From Camelus ferus (Eukaryota), in the NCBI RefSeq assembly GCF_009834535.1, contig NC_045698.1, positions 12,588,001-12,652,000 of the forward strand: 64,000 nt of DNA, given 5' to 3'. Position numbers and translations under genes: made by a program. The notes under the pieces are model-generated. The model made no database searches, had not been told where the DNA came from, and saw only the letters and a list, made by a program, of their open reading frames with translations. Below, in pieces: positions 12,544 through 22,330 of the stretch (position 1 is the first letter of the stretch; every line of letters begins with the position of its first letter).

Positions 12544-12624
12544 ATCAATCAATCAATCAATCAATCAATCAACCAATCAATCAATCAACCAACCAACCAA
12601 CCAATTAACCAATCAATCAATCAA
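12544..12624. repeat. Compound (ATCA)n/(ACCA)n tetranucleotide microsatellite in LTR U3
   Basis: About 20 units, directly visible. Confidence 0.95.
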
Positions 12625-12672
12625 GAAACCAGGCTATAAAAACAGGAGGAAGGCGGAAGCGGCGCCATTTTT
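12571..12672 (+). promoter_or_regulatory. LTR core promoter: CCAAT boxes, TATA, ETS-like and YY1-like motifs
   Basis: AACCAATCA at ~12571 and ~12607, TATAAAA at 12635, GGCGGAAG at ~12652, CGCCATTTT at ~12663 (about 28 nt after TATA, at the expected TSS). Confidence 0.6.
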
Positions 12673-12849
12673 CCTCTCTTGGCTTGGCCTGCTCCTAATT
12701 CTCGGGAGTGTATTATTTTTTTTACTTCACTAATAAAACTCTTGCTTATATCACGCTTTTTGTCTCTCATCAAAAGTTCTTTTTTTTTTTTTTCAGGTGC
12801 CTGAGAACCAAGGTAATTCTTATTTTCCTTTTCCCGGTAACATTAATTT

Positions 12850-12867
12850 TGGTGCCGTGACTCGGAT
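12850..12867 (+). promoter_or_regulatory. Primer-binding site complementary to the 3' end of tRNA-His
   Basis: TGGTGCCGTGACTCGGAT is the reverse complement of the tRNA-His 3' end (ATCCGAGTCACGGCACCA), the PBS of HERV-H. Confidence 0.93.
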
Positions 12868-13085
12868 GGTGTGCTTAAACTTAATCTTTCCTCCTTCATT
12901 TCCCTCTTCCTCCCTGAGGCCAGCCAGCAGAGCACAAGCTCCTGGGGCCGGTTGTGGCAGCTGGACCGAGACTACAAGGCGTGGTAGGGTGACCAGCCAC
13001 TGGTAAACTAAAGAAGATCACTCCAGCCAGACCATGGAGGCACCCAGCACACGGTAAGACTGTGGCCGTTCCCCTCTTTCTGAAG

Positions 13086-13235
13086 GGAGGCTGAGACGTC
13101 AGCTTCCATCCCCGAATCAGGACCCTAGGACGCTGGGCGCTGCTGATGCACGGCTGCCCTCCAGGGTGCATTTGGTTGTGGACACAGGCTGAGACGTCAG
13201 CCTTGTCCACGGGCTTTTCATCTTAGGACGCTAAG
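13086..13235 (+). promoter_or_regulatory. Putative packaging signal (psi): four GACG-tetraloop stem-loops in two ~98-nt repeat units
   Basis: Hairpins at 13086-13107, 13124-13137, 13178-13210 and 13222-13235, each with a GACG loop, located between PBS and gag. Confidence 0.8.
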
Positions 13236-13273
13236 CTCTGAAAACCCCCCTGTACCCTACCCTTGTGTTTCAG

Positions 13274-13806
13274 GTGGGAAACTAAGAGTCTATCCCTGCT
13301 GGGACTCCTTCGGGCTGCATATTGGCCAACTGGGGCCATTTTAATCTACAAACCCTTAAAAGAAAACACTTCTATTCTTTTGTAATGTTGCCTGGCCCCA
13401 ATATCGACTTCCCTGTGAGGAAGCAAGGCCTACAGACGGGAGCATAAAGTCAACCATCTTGTTCCAGCTGGAGCTCTTGTGTAAGAGACAAGGCAAACGG
13501 TCTAATACCACACATTCATGTCTTTCACTTACTGAGGGACAGCAGTGATCTCCTAGAAGGATGTCAGTTAACCACTCAGGTAACGGTTACATCTAATAAC
13601 CCACTGTCCCCGACTGACACCCCCTAGCGAGGGGGACTCTCCTAAACCAACGCCCTGCCCTGCTCTCTGCACCATATACCCCTTGTTTCCCTCATACTCA
13701 GGAAAGACGCTGCCTTCAGCTCCTCCATTACCTCTGATAGCTAACACCTGCCCCCTGGTAGAAACAGGTGGAGAATTTGGTCCTCAATTCATGCCTAAGC
13801 CCTCCT
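13274..13806 (+). pseudogene. gag: Decayed retroviral gag (matrix, proline-rich p12-like region, first residues of capsid)
   Basis: (V)GN*ESIPAGTPSGCILANWGHFNLQTLKRKH, frameshift at ~13368, then LLFFCNVAWPQYRLPCEEARPTDGSIKSTILFQLELLCKRQGKRS, and later LPSAPP...CPLVETGGEFGP. These match class I ERV Gag motifs (TPLGCIL.NW, FFCN.AWPQY, QL.LFC...GKWSE, CPL...GGEFGP). The start codon is GTG, with an in-frame TAA at 13283. Confidence 0.88.
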
Positions 13807-13874
13807 CTCTGGATTGCTCCTTTCCCCTTCCTCTCCCCCTGCCCTGTGCTCAGTTCTATCTAAACTACCTAACA
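13807..13874 (-). repeat. Inverted copy of the first 68 bp of the LTR (U3 end)
   Basis: Reverse complement matches 12423-12490 at 62/68 positions, ungapped (manual alignment). Confidence 0.95.
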
Positions 13875-14087
13875 GCTATTTTGTGACATGTAAAAATTAT
13901 CTAAAATTCAGGTTTCAATGTCTGTTCCTAATTAGTTTCATTGGAACATGGCCAGGCCCACGCATTTACAGATTCTATCTGGCTGCTTTTGTACTGGAAG
14001 GGGCAGAATTAGGTAGTTACAACTGAAACCAAATGGCCCACGGAGCCTAAAAATATACTATCTGACCCATTGCAGAAAGAGTTTGCT

Positions 14088-14333
14088 GGTGGGGAGGGTT
14101 AAATTAGGGTTAAATTAGGACTAAATACATACTACTATATATAAAATAAACAACAAGGACCTACCGTATATAGTACAGGTAACTATATTCAATTTCTTAT
14201 AACAACATATAATGGAAAAGAGTCTGAAAAGAAAATATATACCTGTATGTATGTGTGTAATTAAGTCACTTTGCTGCATACCTGAAACTAACGTTGTAAA
14301 TCAACTACATTTCAGTAAAAAATTACTTTAAAA
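14088..14333 (+). mobile_element. L1 3' fragment inserted in the right TIR of the MER58-like element
   Basis: 'tactactatatataaaataaacaacaaggacctaccgtatatagtacaggtaactatattcaat...cctgaaactaacgttgtaaatcaactac'. TSD AAAGAGTTTGCT (14076-87) / AAAGGGTTTGCT (14334-45). Confidence 0.9.
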
Positions 14334-15379
14334 AAAGGGTTTGCTCACCCCTCTCTAAATTCTTTGTTCCTTTATCCTCTTCTTCCATCTCCTCCACTTT
14401 CTGCCCTTCCCAGGTCTGAGGCCAGCTTGTGTCATTTAATGTCACTACTAGTCCCCTATCTGTGGGTCAGGGTCAAAGAGGCTGTTAACCTTTGTTCCAG
14501 CAGAATGTGCTGGGGATGAGGTGGGGAGGGGGGTCGGGGCAGAACACAGCAACCTTGATTTCCACATGCAAACTAGATTTACACGTCTCGGCTCCGGGAG
14601 CACATTACTTTCATGTAGTTTGCATTCACATATTTGTTTCAGGATTGAAGGCATATATTTTCTTAGCATTTGATTGTATATCTGGTTTTAGCAAAAAAGG
14701 CTGTGGGGCAGAAGACCAGCTTGCTTCTGCTAGTTCTGTCCAGGACGCTTTGGCACGCACATGGGAGGTTATTGCAAATTGTGGAAACGAATGCTTGTGG
14801 ATTAGGAACAAGGCAGTTGTCATTCTAGATGAGATTATATGTCTGTCAAGTTCAGACTCTCACTTCCTGAGAAGGGTCCTCTCCTAATATTTCACGAGTT
14901 GAAGACACATAAGCAAGCCGCAAACTGAAGCAAGGAATATGAATGCTGTCGTACAGCCCGCGGCAAAACAAGGTGATTCGGTTCTTTCCCTCTGCCCAGC
15001 AGCCATCAGCCTCTTTCGCAGGCAGTCTGCTTATTTGCTTCATGCTAGCCTAATAACCACCGAAAGTGTGATTTCTGTTAAAATTAATCTTTTACATCAC
15101 TTACTAATGTGCTGCAGAAGCCGTCAGTGGTACACAGACAACTTAAGCGAACTACTTTTAAACAGGAAGAGGAAGATTTCATTTTGGTTTTAATATTACA
15201 TTAACATATGTGAGTTTCTGAGAATGACAAAATTTTACTTTTCCCTGGGGAGGTGTCAAGGAAGCCTCAACTCCTTCCAAGAATCCAGTTTTAAACTGTG
15301 GTCTGTTCCATCGCCTCATTGTGTTCAATTTTAATAGGGCCAGCTGGGCTTTGAGTCAATGTAGTTGGGGAAAAGGGGT

Positions 15380-15430
15380 ACGTGTGTGTTTGTGTGTGCG
15401 TGTGTCCGCTCGCGTGTATGCATACGCATC
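15380..15430. repeat. Imperfect (TG/CG)n alternating purine-pyrimidine repeat
   Basis: Directly visible. Confidence 0.7.
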
Positions 15431-15488
15431 CTCTTATAAGGAGGTAAGGACTGGCTGAGTTCTAGACTCAGAACTAAAGAATGAAGGA

Positions 15489-15580
15489 ATATAACCATTA
15501 AACATTGTGAATCACTATGTTGTATGCCTGTAATTGACATAACATTGTACATCACCTATATCCCAATTAAAAAATAAAAT
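15489..15580 (+). mobile_element. Very short (~92 bp) L1 3' fragment with perfect TSD
   Basis: 'attgtgaatcactatgttgtatgcctgtaattgacataacattgtacatcacctata...aattaaaaaataaaat'. TSD AAAGAATGAAGGA at 15476-88 and 15581-93. Confidence 0.9.
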
Positions 15581-15882
15581 AAAGAATGAAGGAGAAGTAT
15601 CATGAAAATCTCAAATGACAACAAATAGGAAAGAATCTACATTTCAATAATTATTAGTAAAGTTTTATCTTAAGACAACCTAGTTCTGTTTCCCCATAAA
15701 GAAGAGCTTTCCAAAAGTACCCACTGAAAAGTTTGGAAACTGCATTTTTCTTCCCTGCTACCTGGGAGAAGACGAGGGCAGGGTCAGGTGAAGAGAAGAA
15801 GGGAAAGCATGGGGGAATTCTGGAAGGAGGGAAGGACTGGGAAGGACTCTTTGTTCTATTTATACAGATTATTTTTTCTTGC

Positions 15883-16260
15883 AACTTTTATTATGAAAAA
15901 TTTCAAGGTACAGAAGAGCAGAAAGAGTGGTTCAGTGAACAGGTCTATAACCACCCAGCCAGGCAAACAAATTGTTAACATTTTCCTATATTTGCTTATT
16001 CACCCATCAGTGTATCCATCCATCCAACTATCCCTTGTCCCTCTATCTCTCCATCTCTGTCCATCCCTTCCCATTCCATGCATCCATCCATGCCTCCCTT
16101 CATCCACCCATTGATCTGTTTTCCCATTTGTCTCTCTAGCACCCTTTAAAAATAAGTAGCAGATATCATCACCCTTGATTGATAAATACTATAGCATGCA
16201 TTTCTTCAAAATAGGGATATTCTGCAGCATTAACAATAATCCCTTAATATTATCAAGTAT
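15883..16260 (-). mobile_element. Old L1 (L1MC-like) 3' end containing a (CCAT)n-like tract
   Basis: 'aacttttattatgaaaaatttcaa..tacaga', 'ttgttaacattttcctatatttgc', 'gcatgcatttcttcaaaatagggatattct'. Confidence 0.65.
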
Positions 16261-16900
16261 TCATGTTTATTGAGTTTTTATTTCAATTATTACACTTTTC
16301 ACCTTGGGAAGTTCTATTTCTTTAAACTTGCCTCTTTCCAGCTTATATATTAAAGTTTCTTTTAAAATGTGTCCTTTAAAAACTATTAAAGATAGTTATC
16401 TATATTGTGTCTAATAATTCTAATATCTGAAGTTTCATATGTCTCTTTCAGTTATTTGCTTTTTTTTTTTTTTTGCTAATTTTTATTAAGATGCCTGTTA
16501 CTTGTGTGTTCCCTAAAGTTTAAATGAGAGCTGCCCATTTTCCTTGGAAGTTTATTAGTGGGAATTCTTTGAGGTCCGATTTGAACTTGAGACCCTCCAG
16601 AAGATATATCTTGTTTCCGCTTGTAACAAAAACCAAGACTGCTTTAATCCAATTCTCTGTTGAGATGTTTCAGATCAGTGTACATGTAGACTGAAAACCC
16701 ATATAAGGGCTGAACTGCCACTATGAAATCCTAAAGGAGATTTCTTTTTCATTCATCCAACACCAGCTTTGAGATACAGCTGTAATTTTTGTCTTGTTTA
16801 ATTTTAGGCTTGGTCTCCTTTTGTGTGTGATGTATTTCTTGTTTCCCTTTGAGGTCTCAGCTTTAGGTAAAGGTCTTCCTACTAGAGTCCAGCTTGGATG
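16260..16900 (-). mobile_element. Highly diverged L1M/HAL1-like internal fragment
   Basis: 'gaagttctatttc', 'tgtgtctaataattctaatatctgaagttt' resemble antisense old-L1 5'/ORF1 region. Confidence 0.4.
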
Positions 16901-18399
16901 ACCCTAGACTTTATTGTATCTCCAGGGTTCAGTGCAAACCTCCCAGAATGCAGCCAGTTTGGGACTGGCTTACTTTTCAAGCTTTCAGATTCCCCTTTTG
17001 GGGGGATACTCTGAAGTATGCTGATCATACTTCCAGAAGGGGAGGGTCCCATAAATTCTTCACTGGGATCAGAGTTGAGAATATTCAGGGAAAAAGATGG
17101 CTGACTTGTAGAGAAAGACAGTTTCAAGACATGACTCTAATTTCCTGTCTTGAAATAGTCTAGAATCATGATTGTATACAAACTTGTGTGCCAAGATTTA
17201 CTATTTTATTGTCATAAAAATTAAAGAACCATTGACTTCATCTGACCATGTACCAAATGCTCATTTTTTTTCCAGCAATGAAGGTTACACATTGTCCCAA
17301 AAGGGATGCTTTGCCCATTCCAAACCAAGGAAACTAAATAATGACCTTATTAGTAACCAGAAGATATAGTTTCTGCTCTTGATCTTTAGAGCCAGAAAAT
17401 GTTTCTTTAGACCCACAAAGAGGAGATTCCATAAGGGAAGTGAGGGATGAAGATGACTTTGAGGTTGTGATCTTTAGGATAGACTCTATAAAAAGCCAAC
17501 TGTCCAGCATCTCTGACTCCTCAGATGAAGGAATCCAAGGTCTACAAGTTGATTGTAATATTACTATTACTATTACTATTAACCAACCTGAAAATACAAA
17601 GCTGTTGGAAGGTGGAAAAATAAATCTGGCAGATCATTGTATCTATTGTAAATTTGGAATTTTATTACCAGGTAATATTAAAAAAGTTGTCTTTATTATG
17701 GTTTTTTTTAATTTCAGTTTTCACTAGTGAACTCCAAACCTTTGAGGTTTTATGTATGCAATTAAGAAAATGGAATATTAGGACAGACTCCCAAGTATAT
17801 TTCTTCCAGAGTGATTCCATAGTGACACTAGAAATACATGGATGGACAATTAGCTTTTTCTTTTCCCAAGATGTAGGAATTCCTGTGCCTGTTTTGGTCA
17901 CTTGGCTGTAACTTCCATGGACTGACAGAACGTGTAGATATCAGGTTCCTGAAAATAACAGCCTTGCTTCTCTGAGAGTGGCTGAAGGCAGATGTCAACC
18001 ACAACACAGTCAAGTTCAAATCACTGGATAAGGATTTTATGGATCTTTTAATTCTTACTTGAGTCCTCCTTACAAAATTCCTCAAGGATGGATGGAGAGG
18101 AAGTCCCCTTTCCAAAGTAAGATGATTGTATTTAGTATTTAAAAAAAGTTGATGACATGTCCTTCAGTACTTTCCTGAGCCTCTTCAATAAAAGTGAGAA
18201 GCAGTGAAGCAGGACTGGGTAGCAGATACTTTATGAACTGAATGAGATGGAACATCTCCCGCTCCTGGGCTTGCTCCAAAGTGCTCCGGGCCACACATCT
18301 AGCCAGAGAAACCCAGTGGAGCATTAGCTTATAAATTATCTTCGTGCACTTCATTTGAACTTGCCCTCTGGCCTGGTGTTGGAGAGTTTTTGGCACCAA

Positions 18400-18780
18400 G
18401 ATTTATAAACTCCTACATCACCAACAACCGTCTAGAAATTCTCCACTTTCTACTGTTCTCTTCCTTCTGTTCTCCTTGCTGCCATCTTGGTCTAGGCCCT
18501 CGATTCCAACCTGCCCTGGGCTCTTTATTGTTAGACTTCTGACCAGTGAGAATACCATCTCTCATCTCTCCGCACACCTGTCCACACCGTGTGTGGCGCT
18601 CTGTGAATTCCTCCAAAAGCTGCACCACTCAGGTTGCCCTGTGCTGAAAAACACTTAATGGCCCCCATGATGACTACACAGAAAACGTCCAAACTCCAAA
18701 ATTTTTTTAAGGCCCTTCAGGATCTGGTCCTAAAATCCTCCTCCAACCTTACCTGCCTCTTGCAACTCACTACTAAGAAC
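18400..18780 (+). mobile_element. L2 fragment
   Basis: 'gccatcttggtctaggccctc', 'ccaaactcc...aaggcccttcaggatctggtcct'. Confidence 0.5.
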
Positions 18781-19699
18781 CCTCTGTCTTGGTTATTTTC
18801 ATTTATTGCCTGTAACTTGCTGTTCGTATCACATTGTAAACATCAAAGCCAACAGAAATCATTAGTTTTGTAACGTGAAAACTTGGGGGAAAAGGTTAAG
18901 GGTAAACACCAGTAGATGGAGCAAAGGTATTTAAAGATTTGATAGCTGTTATAACGCCATATAAACTTGGCACATTCTTCTTTATATTTAACTCTTTGGT
19001 CACAGTAGGTGGCTTAGACAGTGATGTGAACAAATCCGCCCCACCTGGAAGCAGCTGTCCACATTGTTCAGGAAGCTTTCTCTTCATATGAATCCTTCCT
19101 CCCGCTTTCCTTCTCTGTGCCCTTCCTTTGAACTCTCCTCTTTGACATTTGTGATCAATAGTGCCTGCCGTCCCATGTTCCTGAATAATCGCCATCCTCA
19201 GAACAGCTGGGTGTATTTTGATGGATGTCCCTTTGTTCAGCGTGCAAACACAGCATCACTTTGGACATGATTTTCAAATGGATGAATATTCTGAGGGTTC
19301 ATTATGTGTCAGTGGTCTTGTCCATCACAGAATCCCCAGTCAATTTTGGCAGCTTCCCATAGTCACATGTTTATTATCCTGGAATTCAAGTTGTTCACTA
19401 ATTCTAACCCCTAGATTCTTTTATTCTTAAAAATCTTGTGATCAGATCAATAATTTTATATTCAAATATTACCTGTTTATGTGATTTAAATCCTCGTCTT
19501 TTACTAAAATTTTATTTTTGGTGGTATAGTCTCTCCTCCACATTGAAGACTAATACATTGCTTCATTTCATTATTTGTAAAGAAATAAATGCATATATAT
19601 TGAGGAGGCACACTCATATTTTTAACATTAAAAGTTTGAAGACCATTTTCTTAAACCATTGATTTGACATTTGCCATGTCTCACGATGTGTGATTATCT

Positions 19700-20378
19700 T
19701 TTTTCAAACAGCTTTACTGGGGTATAACTTATATCCTATACATTTCCCTCATTTTAAACATACAATTAAATGATTTTAGGTAAATTTTCAGAGTCATGAG
19801 ACCACCAGCCCAATCCAATTTTAGCACATTTCTATTATCTCAAAAAGATCCTGAGTGTCTCTCAGCAAGGACTCCCTGTTCCTACCTCCAGCCGCAGGCA
19901 ACTAATGATCTTTCTACAGATCTGCCTTTTCTAGACTTTGCGTATAAATGAAGTCATACGATATGTAGTCTTTTGTGACTGGCTTCTTTCACTTAGCATG
20001 TGTTTTTGAGGTTCATCCAGATTGTAGTTTGTATTAATATCTCATTCATTTATGTTGCAGAACAATACATATGGATATCTTGTACGAATATCCTACACTT
20101 TGCTTATCCATTTACCAGTTAATGGTCATTTGGATTGTTCCACTGTTGTGGCTCTTATGAGACAGGAGTGCTGCTACGAACATTCGTGTGGTCATATGTT
20201 TTTATTTCTCTTGGATAATTTCCTAAGAGGGAATTGCTGGGTCATATGGTAACTTCATGCTGAACTTTTAAAGAAGCAGCCAAACTGTTTTTCAAAGTGG
20301 CTGTGCTGTGTTACATCTCACCAGCAATGCGCGAGGATCCCAGTTTTTCCACATCCTCATCATCAACACTTGTTATTT
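19700..20378 (-). mobile_element. L1MB-like 3' fragment
   Basis: 'acagctttactggggtataact...ccgcaggcaactaatgatc...ccttttctagactttgcgtataaatgaagtcatacgatatgtagtcttttgtgactggcttctttcacttagcatg...ggaattgctgggtcatatggtaact'. Confidence 0.88.
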
Positions 20379-20379
20379 A

Positions 20380-21375
20380 AAAAAATTTTTTTGTATATGT
20401 ATGTATTTTTATTGAAGTATGATCAGTTTATAATGTTGAGTCAATTTTTGGTGTACAGCATAATGCTTCAGTCATACATGAACATACATATTTTAGTTTT
20501 CATATTCTTTTTCACTATAAATTACTGCAGTATATTGAATATAGTTCCCTGTGCTATATATACAGTATGAACTTGTTGTTTATCTATTCTACTTACATTA
20601 GTTAGTATCTGCAAATCTCCAACTCCCAATTATCCCTTCCCACTGCTTCTGCCCTGGTAAGCATAAGTTTGTTTTCTATGTCTGTAAGTCTGTTTCTGTT
20701 TTGTAAATAAGTTCATTTATGTCTTTTTTTTTTTTTTTTTAGATTCCACATGTAAGTGATATCATATGGTATTTTTCTTTCTTTCTTTGGCTTACTTCAC
20801 TTAGAATGACAATCTTTAGGTCCATCCATGTTGCTGCGAATGGTATTATTTTATTATTTTTTATGGCTGAGTAGTATTCTATTGTATAAATATACCACAA
20901 CTTCTTTATCCAGTCATCTGTCGATGGACATTTAGGTTACTTCCATGTCTTGGCTATTGTAAATAGTGCTGCTATGAACATTGGGGTGCATGTAACTTTT
21001 TGAATTAAGGTTTCCTCTTGCTATATGCCCAAGTGTGGGATTCCTGGATCATATGGTAAGTCTATTTTCAGTCTTTTGAGGAATCTCCATAATGTTTTCC
21101 ATAACAGCTGCACCATTCCCATCATCATCCCCTTTTCTCCACACCCTCTCCAGCATTTATTGTTTGTGGACTTTTGAATGATGGCCATTCTGACTGGTGT
21201 GAGGTGATACCTCATTGTAGTTTTGATTTGGATTTCTCTGATAGTTAGCAATATTGAAAAATTTTTTCATGTGCCTATTGGCCATTTGTATGTCTTCATA
21301 GGAGAATTGCTTATTTAGGTCCTCTGCCCATTTTTGGATTGGGTTGTTTGTTTTTTTCTTACTAAGTTATATGAG
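20380..21375 (-). mobile_element. Younger camelid-type L1, ~1 kb 3' fragment with ORF2 C-terminal remnant
   Basis: 3' UTR as in the other copies. ORF 21021-21251 ([38 protein letters not shown]...[23 protein letters not shown]) is the L1 ORF2 cysteine-rich region. Confidence 0.95.
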
Positions 21376-21779
21376 GGTCATTCACATAATGGTGGCCCAA
21401 ACTGTCCAAAAGGATAATGATTTCTTTGATTACATGGAAAAATAGTTTCATGTTTTTCTCAGAAATTTATAAACTCAAGTGCGCACAGTCGCCATGCTGG
21501 TAGCATACATGTGTAACTTGCGTTGACTTTAGGAAAATAGAGAGTAATGGAGACACCAAGCCTTACTTTAAAAAGACATCTAAGTTCATTAAGAATAATC
21601 ACTGTACAGGCCAAGGAAATTTATTTATCACTGGATTCGACCTGCAGAGATACCAGATTGACACCCATGTAGATGTATAACAGATCCTCCAGCACAGTGC
21701 CTAATTCTGAAGTCAGCCTGCCTCTCAGGGTATGTTTCCTCACACTCTGATGCTATGAGGATCTTCTATGAGAGATTCC

Positions 21780-22330
21780 ACAACCTTCAAATAAGTCTTC
21801 TTGTCTCAAGCTCTCCACAGCCTATTCAGCTGCAGCCAGAGGTATCTTTTTGAATGAGACCATGCTGATGACACCAGCACCCTTCAAGCCCTTCAGAGAC
21901 TCTTCCTTACTCTTTAGATCAACTTGAAATGCTCCAGCATAGCCCACTCACCAGGGGGACTGACCTGAGCTGCTTTCAACCATGCCAACGCCCAGCTCAC
22001 ATTCTCATCACTAGATATTTGCTCCCATGATTTCATCTTCCAGGGAGATTCCCTCATCCCGGGGCTTCCACCTTCAGCTTGCAATTCCCACTCATCCCTC
22101 TCAGCTCATATTTAATGCAGCCCCTCCTAGAATTCCCATAGGACCCCACATTGCTCTGATCAGAGCACATTTCACATTTGATTGTAATTTCCTCTTTCCT
22201 AGCTCAATTTCTCTGCTACTGAGGGCAAGGACTATTTGGAACTCATTCACTAGTGTATTTTCAGTGACCAGAGCTTTTGGTTGCATAGAAGAACCCACCA
22301 CAGACCGTTTGGTACTTCAAGTGAATTGAT
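21780..22330 (+). mobile_element. L2 3' portion (diverged)
   Basis: 'ctgcagccagaggtatcttttt', 'tcagctcatattt', 'ctactgagggcaaggactattt'. Confidence 0.55.

Larger units (their letters stand above)
12423..12842 (+). mobile_element. Retroviral 5' LTR (~420 bp)
   Basis: Starts TGTGAGGTAG and ends CCGGTAACA. TATAAAA at 12635-12641, AATAAA at 12732-12737, PBS 7 nt downstream of the LTR end. Confidence 0.88.
12423..13874 (+). mobile_element. Truncated class I (gamma-like, PBS-His; HERV-H/F/W-supergroup-like) endogenous retrovirus: 5' LTR, PBS, leader, partial gag, inverted U3 end
   Basis: LTR with TG...CA ends, TATA and AATAAA; 18-nt tRNA-His PBS; GACG hairpins; Gag MA homology; inverted copy of the LTR start at the right end. 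Confidence 0.92.
12347..14352. mobile_element. MER58B-like hAT-Charlie transposon in three pieces (12347-12422, 13875-14087, 14346-14352), split by an ERV and an L1
   Basis: Left 'aggttggcaaa...aaatggatttcacactttcaaatgactaaaaaa'. Resumes 'tattttgtgacatgtaaaaattatctaaaattc...ttggaaca...ggctgcttt...aaatggcccacggagcctaaaaatatactatctgaccc...agtttgct' and ends 'cacccct'. Confidence 0.8.

Noticed and set aside
12544..12624. CRISPR-like array or exact DUX-binding site
   Set aside because: It is a simple tetranucleotide repeat without spacers. TAACCAATCA is one base short of the TAAYYYAATCA DUX4 consensus.
14512..14539. Canonical G4 motif (another at ~55444-55463)
   Set aside because: Isolated G4 patterns are common in mammalian DNA, and there is no promoter or CpG-island context.
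17440..17727. Acidic 95-aa ORF
   Set aside because: GTG start, includes an (ATTACT)n repeat, no recognisable homology and no convincing splice boundaries.
21021..21251. 76-aa ORF as a functional CDS
   Set aside because: It is the C-terminal remnant of L1 ORF2 in a 5'-truncated copy with an internal deletion.
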